IMG/VR virus record: IMGVR_UViG_3300027859_000025
Coordinates: 1 to 52,503 of that record
Length of the DNA: 52,503 nt
Direction: 5' to 3' (one strand)
From: a virus
Lineage: Duplodnaviria > Caudoviricetes
The notes beneath the pieces are model-generated. The model saw nothing but the letters and a program-made list of their open reading frames with translations, ran no database searches and was not told the origin of the DNA. A program made the translations under genes and the position numbers. Below, in pieces: positions 46,671-52,503 of this stretch; within the stretch, counting starts at the first letter, position 1, and each line of letters begins with the position of its first letter.

Positions 46671-48391
46671 TATCCGTCACAGGCAATACAATCTTCACTC
46701 ATAGCTTGTTGTGCTATATCACCACGTAGCACTGATTCAGTTCTAGTATAGTACAGGGTTTTAATACCTTTTTTCCATGCTGACATATGAACCTGATTAA
46801 TCCATTTAGGTGTAGCCACGCTAGGAAATGCTAGGTTTAAACTAACAGACTGATCTATATATTGCTGTCGTATACCAGCTTGATTTACTAGTTCGAGTTG
46901 ATTGATCTCTTTAAACGTTTTAAAAACGTCTTTAGCCGGTACATCGTGTGGTCCAACCACAACCCCGTCAAGCTCAGATAGACCTTGAACACTACCACCA
47001 TCTGCCAGTATTTTATCCCAAGTTTCATTTGTATTTATTTTAAGTTTTCTTAATAATTTTAAAAGTGTAGGGTTTTTTCTTATAAACGTACCTTTAGCTG
47101 ATTGCTCTGTAAATACATTTGCAGCCCAAGGTTCTATTCCCGGCGAAATGTTTCCGCTAAGCTTTGAATTACTAACAGTGGGAGCAATAGCGCGCAAGTG
47201 AGTATTACGCATGCCAGTGCCAACGCACCACAAAGGTTCACCATAAACCTCAGCAAGATCTCTACTAGCGCGTTCAGACTCGATTTTAATTTGCGAAAAT
47301 ATTTTCCTAGTTTCAAACTGAGCAAGCAGACCCTCAAAAGGTATAGCCTTTTCTTGGAGATATGTGTGCCATCCCAGTACACCCAACCCAAGTGCTCGTC
47401 CTTTCGTAGCAGAACGAATGGCATTTTCAAAACCTCTAAGTCCTTTTGCTCTTTGAATAAATTCCTCCATAACGCCATCAAGAAACCACGTGGCGTGATA
47501 TATAAGGTTGCTTCCTTTCCATTCATCATATTTAGCTAAGTTTAAAGACGACAAGCAACATACAAAGCTATGGTTCTCGTCTGTGTGTAATGTAATCTCT
47601 GAACATATGTTTGTCATATGTACCTTTAAGCCGTTGTCTTTGTAGGCTCGTGGGTTATTCTTATTTGTATTCCCCTTAAAAAGGATGTAAGGTTCGCCAG
47701 TAGCTTTACGCTTTTGAAGTAATTTTCCCCAACGTTTTCTAGCGTCTCTATCTCCTTGTTCAATTCGTCGCATGAACTTATCGCCAACCACAGCGCACTG
47801 GTGCATGTTAAGTGATTGTCTGTTGACATCACCTTTAGGTTCACGTATTTCGAGCCACTCATCGAAATCGGGGTGATCAATATTAATATTAACTGATGCA
47901 GCTCCTCGTCTGACAGATCCTTGATTAGTGGCAAGTATTGTCGAGTCGTATATTTTACAAAACGGCACAACGCCATCACTTGTTCCATTACCTGTTATTT
48001 TAGCGCCAGCGGGTCTTATTTGATTTATACCGATACCAACTCCACCGCCGTGCTTAGCGAGTAGCATCATCTCTAGGTTTTTACTTCCTATGTCTTGAAT
48101 CGAGTCTGCAACATCAATGCCAAAGCAAGATATAGGTAGACCGCGATCAGTCCCTGTGTTTGATAGCACAGGACTAGCCAGACACAACCAACCATTCCAA
48201 ATATAATCAAAAAACGTGTTGGCCAGTTCAGGTTTGTAAAGTCTACGCGCAACTGTTTTAGCAACACGCATGTATGCTTCACGAGGTGTTTCATCTTGAA
48301 GCAGGTAACCACCTGCGATAGTTTTTTTGTATACGTCTGTATCACCCCACTTAGGGTAATCTTCTCCTTTTTTCCATTCATTGTTCCACAT
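46670..48391 (-). CDS. nrdA: Ribonucleotide reductase class I alpha subunit, no ATP cone
   Basis: PISCF, TNICSE (NxCxE), VCCLSSLNL, AIAPT, KTLYY, C-terminal CIAC. Confidence 0.95.
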   Translation of the reverse strand: MWNNEWKKGEDYPKWGDTDVYKKTIAGGYLLQDETPREAYMRVAKTVARRLYKPELANTFFDYIWNGWLCLASPVLSNTGTDRGLPISCFGIDVADSIQDIGSKNLEMMLLAKHGGGVGIGINQIRPAGAKITGNGTSDGVVPFCKIYDSTILATNQGSVRRGAASVNINIDHPDFDEWLEIREPKGDVNRQSLNMHQCAVVGDKFMRRIEQGDRDARKRWGKLLQKRKATGEPYILFKGNTNKNNPRAYKDNGLKVHMTNICSEITLHTDENHSFVCCLSSLNLAKYDEWKGSNLIYHATWFLDGVMEEFIQRAKGLRGFENAIRSATKGRALGLGVLGWHTYLQEKAIPFEGLLAQFETRKIFSQIKIESERASRDLAEVYGEPLWCVGTGMRNTHLRAIAPTVSNSKLSGNISPGIEPWAANVFTEQSAKGTFIRKNPTLLKLLRKLKINTNETWDKILADGGSVQGLSELDGVVVGPHDVPAKDVFKTFKEINQLELVNQAGIRQQYIDQSVSLNLAFPSVATPKWINQVHMSAWKKGIKTLYYTRTESVLRGDIAQQAMSEDCIACDG

Positions 48392-48392
48392 T

Positions 48393-48662
48393 TTATACTC
48401 CGTTTATTAAGTGTATTATCCATGCTATTAAACCGTTAATGTTTAAAGCAACTAAGTTCCATTGTTTACGTGATGACGTCTGGACAATGATACATACAAA
48501 ACCTATAATAAACAATATAGGATTAATAGTCCATTGCCCAGCTATCACAAAGCCTGCGCCCATGTATCCAACACGCGACGCAAACTTCTGCCAAGATGTG
48601 AGTTTATTAGTATAGCGTAAGGCTTTAATCAGCCTGTACTTCCATCTTCTTTTTCTCTGCAT
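48393..48662 (-). CDS. Small multi-TM membrane protein
   Basis: Three hydrophobic stretches after a basic N-terminus. Confidence 0.65.
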   Translation of the reverse strand: MQRKRRWKYRLIKALRYTNKLTSWQKFASRVGYMGAGFVIAGQWTINPILFIIGFVCIIVQTSSRKQWNLVALNINGLIAWIIHLINGV

Positions 48663-48852
48663 TTTCTTTTAATTTAGTTTTCAACTGCTCTATTGCTTCG
48701 TCATAACCTGGCATTAGCTTTACAGTTTCCAGCGTACCTACAGACAAGTCTTTTAAATAAGCGTTTTCATCTAACAACTGTTGTACAACTTTAATTAAAG
48801 CTTGTATCTTTTTTTCTAGCAGATCTGTTCTGCTTTGTTTACTTCCCTTCAT
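48625..48852 (-). CDS. Small coiled-coil protein (75 aa)
   Basis: ORF track. Confidence 0.7.
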   Translation of the reverse strand: MKGSKQSRTDLLEKKIQALIKVVQQLLDENAYLKDLSVGTLETVKLMPGYDEAIEQLKTKLKENAEKKKMEVQAD

Positions 48853-49021
48853 ATAAATCTTTGTATATATCTTTTTCTGTTATGTTACCAAATGTCCTCG
48901 AAGTCTTCCCCTTCATTAGCTTTGCTATAATCCGTCGGCCGTATTGCGAAAAAATCAGTATGAGTGACCCCGCCGGTAAGATGATAGAACCAATCAAGAT
49001 TAGACGCTGCGCCCTTGTCAT
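48839..49021 (-). CDS. Candidate overprinted single-TM protein (about 60 aa) overlapping the 3' end of nrdB
   Basis: MTRAQRLILIGSIILPAGSLILIFSQYGRRIIAKLMK...; bridges the gap and overlaps the next gene's start. Confidence 0.45.
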   Translation of the reverse strand: MTRAQRLILIGSIILPAGSLILIFSQYGRRIIAKLMKGKTSRTFGNITEKDIYKDLYEGK

Positions 49022-49853
49022 ACGCGAAATAGTTCCCAAGGTCAACGTAACCCAGTTCAACAAGTTTTTCATTTGCTCTCTTTTTTATAAAATGTGTAAG
49101 ATCATTAGCTGATATACCTTCTATATCCCCCATCTCAAACATCTTGTTAATATATTTAGTTTCTAGATCAACCATGGTTTCTGCAGCTTTTACTATATCT
49201 TCTCGACATAAATTCAGTAATTGATTGTTTTCGCTGCACATATCGCGGAAAAGCTTACAGCCCATTTTACTATGTAAGCTCTCATCTCGCACTGACCACT
49301 TCATTTGCTGCCCAATACCTTTAAGTAAATTTCTTAGCTGAAAAGAATAAAGTACAGCAAAAGCAGAATAGAGGCTAACGCCTTCCGCAAAAGCACTAAA
49401 CACAGCAAGAGACTTACCAATACCAACGGCATTGGATCCATCATACGCAACCAAGTTATCAAACCTTTCAGCCGTTGCAGGCTCGTGTAAAAATGCTTCA
49501 TAATCTTCTAATCCTAATGTTTCATTTAAATAACTATATGCTACTGCGTGTATCGTCTCTTGCGATCCAAACATCATAGCCATTTGCTGTATCTCGTACT
49601 TTGGAAACCAGCTTACTACTTTTTGGGTCCAGTAATCAGAAACCGCGCACTCCGTCTGTGCGAAGCCCAGTAATATATTACCGACCAGGTTCTTTTCTTT
49701 ATCATTTAATTTTTCGTTCCAGTCTTTAACATCACCACTCATTGGTATTTCAGTATGTAACCAAAATGCCTGAGCCTGCTTTAGCCAACCTTCTGTGTAA
49801 TACTCTGGGTACTCAAAAGGTTTATACGGTATTCTTTTATCAAATAATCCCAT
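48885..49853 (-). CDS. nrdB: Ribonucleotide reductase class I beta subunit
   Basis: AQTE, ETIHAVAY, FAEGVSLYSAF, RDESLH, C-terminal HTDFFAIRPTDY. Confidence 0.95.
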   Translation of the reverse strand: MGLFDKRIPYKPFEYPEYYTEGWLKQAQAFWLHTEIPMSGDVKDWNEKLNDKEKNLVGNILLGFAQTECAVSDYWTQKVVSWFPKYEIQQMAMMFGSQETIHAVAYSYLNETLGLEDYEAFLHEPATAERFDNLVAYDGSNAVGIGKSLAVFSAFAEGVSLYSAFAVLYSFQLRNLLKGIGQQMKWSVRDESLHSKMGCKLFRDMCSENNQLLNLCREDIVKAAETMVDLETKYINKMFEMGDIEGISANDLTHFIKKRANEKLVELGYVDLGNYFAYDKGAASNLDWFYHLTGGVTHTDFFAIRPTDYSKANEGEDFEDIW

Positions 49854-49999
49854 TAGTTATATACTTCTAATGCTATATCAATTAGCGGTAAATAAAAAAC
49901 GTGCGTTGTTTGCCCTTGTTCTTCGTATGATCTCATGCCAAATAATATACCGGGATAAGTACCTATTGACAAGCTCCATTGCTTCTTTTCTTTACTCAT
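49853..49999 (-). CDS. Small hypothetical protein (48 aa), not in ORF track
   Basis: MSKEKKQWSLSIGTYPGILFGMRSYEEQGQTTHVFYLPLIDIALEVYN; TAATG coupling to nrdB. Confidence 0.7.
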   Translation of the reverse strand: MSKEKKQWSLSIGTYPGILFGMRSYEEQGQTTHVFYLPLIDIALEVYN

Positions 50000-50142
50000 A
50001 TATTTTTACTTAATATTAAAGGTGATTCGTCTTTGTTTGTTGACACAAAATAACATGCATCATTTTCTTCTACTAATATTTCTTTATTTTTAAACGTCTT
50101 AGGATATTTTTCTAAAACATAATCAATAACATTTGATTCCAT
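49996..50142 (-). CDS. Small hypothetical protein (48 aa), not in ORF track
   Basis: MESNVIDYVLEKYPKTFKNKEILVEENDACYFVSTNKDESPLILSKNI; ATGA coupling. Confidence 0.65.
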   Translation of the reverse strand: MESNVIDYVLEKYPKTFKNKEILVEENDACYFVSTNKDESPLILSKNI

Positions 50143-50293
50143 ATCTATCTTGTATTTCTACTAGTTCTTTATATTTTATTTTACCTCGCGCTTCCCAACT
50201 CCATTGCCACCACTTATCGATCTGACGCTCAGCATACTTTTGTCTTGCTATCCTTTTCGCCTCGAAAGGATTAGCTTTATTGTCTCGTCGCAT
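50123..50293 (-). CDS. Small hypothetical protein (56 aa), not in ORF track
   Basis: MRRDNKANPFEAKRIARQKYAERQIDKWWQWSWEARGKIKYKELVEIQDRYGIKCY; fills the gap. Confidence 0.55.
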   Translation of the reverse strand: MRRDNKANPFEAKRIARQKYAERQIDKWWQWSWEARGKIKYKELVEIQDRYGIKCY

Positions 50294-50706
50294 TCTTTTT
50301 GATTTTGTGGTTTGTATAGTGTTACGTTTGGAAACTGCGTCATAACAAGTCTTTTAAATAACTTCCAACGCATTGGAAATGATTCGTTAGCTCTACCTTT
50401 TGTTTCAATTATAAAGTCATCACCAATAAAATCAGGTGTATACTTAATAGGTAGTATACGTTTGCAGCCTCTGTTTTTGTAATCACCTTTGCCGTTAGCA
50501 CATCTCTCGTATACTTCATTATCAAAATGAAAGCCAGCGAGTAAAACAAAAGTCTCTCCTTCGTATTTAGCTTTGATTTTTTCTTTTTTCAAAGCCATAT
50601 ACATATAACGCTCAAGGCCAGATGCAAAGTTAATACCATCATATGATACTTTCTTCGACTGTACTGGCCCGCGTTTTTTCTTGCGTTTATAAGGTCTCCT
50701 CTTCAT
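50248..50706 (-). CDS. PD-(D/E)xK nuclease, T7 endonuclease I / Holliday junction resolvase-like
   Basis: FASGLE, KYE, YTPDF, IIETKG. Confidence 0.8.
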   Translation of the reverse strand: MKRRPYKRKKKRGPVQSKKVSYDGINFASGLERYMYMALKKEKIKAKYEGETFVLLAGFHFDNEVYERCANGKGDYKNRGCKRILPIKYTPDFIGDDFIIETKGRANESFPMRWKLFKRLVMTQFPNVTLYKPQNQKECDETIKLILSRRKG

Positions 50707-51001
50707 TGATTTCAATGTCATGATAGTGTAAACCATCGTTACCGTTTTGACCTATAACATTAATACGATTGATCATTGCCTCTTCGATTTCATCAGTCAA
50801 ACAACGTTTAGCAGCTTCAATATAAAGCAAAGCATCCATTAATTCTTCTTGTACATCAACTAAGAAACGATTAAGATCTTTTTCTTGACCTTCTATTTCT
50901 TGCATCATTGTAGCTCCGTATTTCTTTTGACCTACTAAACTGCGTTCGTCCATTTTTCTAAGTACAGCTTGTACTATTGCGTCTTTAGTTCTTATCTTCA
51001 T
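50687..51001 (-). CDS. Small all-alpha NTP-pyrophosphatase-like protein
   Basis: GQKKYG...QEELMDALLY (EExxD). Confidence 0.55.
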   Translation of the reverse strand: MKIRTKDAIVQAVLRKMDERSLVGQKKYGATMMQEIEGQEKDLNRFLVDVQEELMDALLYIEAAKRCLTDEIEEAMINRINVIGQNGNDGLHYHDIEINEEETL

Positions 51002-51786
51002 ACTGTTTCTTTTACAAATGTTCCATTAAGCATTTTACCTTTACGCATAGCTATTTCAGTGTAAGCTGAATCAATACAATCTTCAATTGTAAAGCCCTCT
51101 AAGTGTGCTAAGTTTGTAAGTACTACAACCATATCACCAATAGCATCTTGTATTTCAGGCTTATCTTGCTTTAGTATTGCTTGAGCTAGTTCACCAGCTT
51201 CTTCTTGTAGTTTAACGTATTGAGTATGTGAATTACCTTTATCGTACAAGCCCCTGTCTTTTGCCCAAAATCTTATAAGCTCAAAGCGACCTGGTATTTC
51301 ATCTACGCTAGTATCGTATTTAAGCTCAGTCTGAGGTTGATCGTGAGGATTAAAAAATGCTTCATAAAAAGCTTTATTGTATATATAACACCTTTTAGTA
51401 TTATACATTGACTCTTTAACGTTAGCCATTATCCACAGAATATTTCGTTTAGTTATTTCAAACTGGCCAAATTCTGTCTGCCAAGTAAGACCTATGTTAT
51501 CGTGCAATTGTCCTTTTAATTTATTAACTGGACAAGGGAAAGTTGAGGTTTGTTGTGTTGCGTTTATCTTCATATTATTAAATAAGTGTTTATATAGTTT
51601 TCTATCGACTTTATAGCCGTAAGACTTTTGAAGTTCTATTTCACGGTCTGATATATAATCTATATCGTCTGACTGTTCAAGAACTTCATACTCATTCTCC
51701 TTATAACCTTGCATAAGGGTAACTCTGGTATTAAGATCACGTGTAACACCGATCTTTTTACCAGGTATGTGGTATAAATAATACAT
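50998..51786 (-). CDS. Fusion protein with a C-terminal MazG-like NTP pyrophosphatase
   Basis: KLQEEAGELA...DAIGDMVVVL...RKGKM; N-terminal YLY...KIGVT segment. Confidence 0.8.
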   Translation of the reverse strand: MYYLYHIPGKKIGVTRDLNTRVTLMQGYKENEYEVLEQSDDIDYISDREIELQKSYGYKVDRKLYKHLFNNMKINATQQTSTFPCPVNKLKGQLHDNIGLTWQTEFGQFEITKRNILWIMANVKESMYNTKRCYIYNKAFYEAFFNPHDQPQTELKYDTSVDEIPGRFELIRFWAKDRGLYDKGNSHTQYVKLQEEAGELAQAILKQDKPEIQDAIGDMVVVLTNLAHLEGFTIEDCIDSAYTEIAMRKGKMLNGTFVKETV

Positions 51787-51788
51787 AA

Positions 51789-52430
51789 TTATAATTTATC
51801 GTTATATAAGTGCATGTTGTGCGCGTGGTGGTAATACCAACCAATTTCTAAATTCAGTCTGTCTGCAATCATTTTTTGCAATGATGAGAATTGATACTGA
51901 TCATTACAGAAACCGTACCAGATGTCATTAGAACGCATATAGACAGACATACACAACTGTTTATCTATAATTGTAAACTGAATTGCATAAGTACAAGGCG
52001 TGTCTTTCTTGTATTTATCGTATTCTTTACCGTCATATATACTAATTGCGGCGTGGCGTGTATTAGGATTTGTTTTAAGCTTTGCACAGACGTAATCTAT
52101 TTGAGCTTTACGCTTCCATTGGTAGCCATAGTTACTGTTTACCTCGCGATCACTGTTTGCCATACGTTCCCATATCGGTGGTATCTTACCATATAGCTCA
52201 CCAAGCTTGTCAATGCTAGGATCACCAGACAAATACCATTGCCATTCAGCTTCAGCATATTCTAAACTCCAGTTACGCTGTTTATTTTTAATGTGATTAT
52301 CTTGTGGGTTTACTATATAAAAGCCGCAGTTAAATATAGCCTGCGTACCATCAAACTCTATACCGTTTATAATAACCTCATCAAGCAAAGCTTCATATGC
52401 TTCATCTGCGTTGTGAAATGTGTTTTTCAT
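51789..52430 (-). CDS. ThyA-fold enzyme, dCMP hydroxymethylase/methylase-like
   Basis: EVNSNYG, DTPCT (catalytic Cys), MRSNDIWYGFCND with Asp where dUMP-specific ThyA has Asn, HLY. Confidence 0.85.
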   Translation of the reverse strand: MKNTFHNADEAYEALLDEVIINGIEFDGTQAIFNCGFYIVNPQDNHIKNKQRNWSLEYAEAEWQWYLSGDPSIDKLGELYGKIPPIWERMANSDREVNSNYGYQWKRKAQIDYVCAKLKTNPNTRHAAISIYDGKEYDKYKKDTPCTYAIQFTIIDKQLCMSVYMRSNDIWYGFCNDQYQFSSLQKMIADRLNLEIGWYYHHAHNMHLYNDKL

Positions 52431-52503
52431 AATAGTATTTATAATATTCGTAAATCTTTTCCCATATTAAGCCTTTAATATAATGACTAGGATCTTCATG
52501 TGT
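52402..52503 (-). CDS. 3' end of an upstream gene (partial)
   Basis: Open from the window edge: THEDPSHYIKGLIWEKIYEYYKYYYEKHISQRR-stop, overlapping the next start. Confidence 0.55.
   Translation of the reverse strand, partial: THEDPSHYIKGLIWEKIYEYYKYYYEKHISQRR

Noticed and set aside
47134-48423. Three +1-frame ORFs (111-131 aa) within nrdA
   Set aside because: Broken by stops, no recognisable features, and explainable by the higher GC of this gene; used only as a caution for other overprinting claims
1-52503. Stop-codon reassignment, introns/inteins or a diversity-generating retroelement
   Set aside because: Genes are full length in the standard code; terL and the nrd genes show no obvious insertions; no reverse transcriptase or template/variable repeat pair seen

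Overview
The whole window is part of an AT-rich tailed dsDNA phage genome with a podovirus-like layout. The host is most likely Bacteroidota (Flavobacteriia-like): starts have A-rich leaders and no Shine-Dalgarno sequence, and the RNR resembles the Flavobacterium type. There are three blocks. (1) 1-2.7 kb, minus strand: short, probably early ORFs, four copies of a bipartite motif TTACAAACAAAATACA-N7-TTGGATAATA, and a 115-nt tRNA-like element. (2) 2.9-46.6 kb, plus strand: fibre-like proteins, phage groEL-groES, many small basic proteins sharing an S-P-hydrophobic motif, an HExxH peptidase, a holin, a tandem GroES-like protein, TerS/TerL, portal, scaffold, major capsid, tail proteins, three probable ejection proteins including a 3045-aa polyprotein, and an envelope/lysis module. 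(3) 46.7-52.5 kb, minus strand: class I RNR, a resolvase-like nuclease, MazG-like pyrophosphatases, and a ThyA-fold enzyme with the dCMP-hydroxymethylase signature. The best candidate for a new system is a sigma-70 region-2-like segment inside the giant probable ejection protein, next to a zincin motif and a HAD domain, paired with a non-host-type repeated early promoter. Other highlights are several overprinted genes, the atypical tRNA-like RNA and probable cytosine modification. All family calls come from reading motifs by eye; no database search was run.
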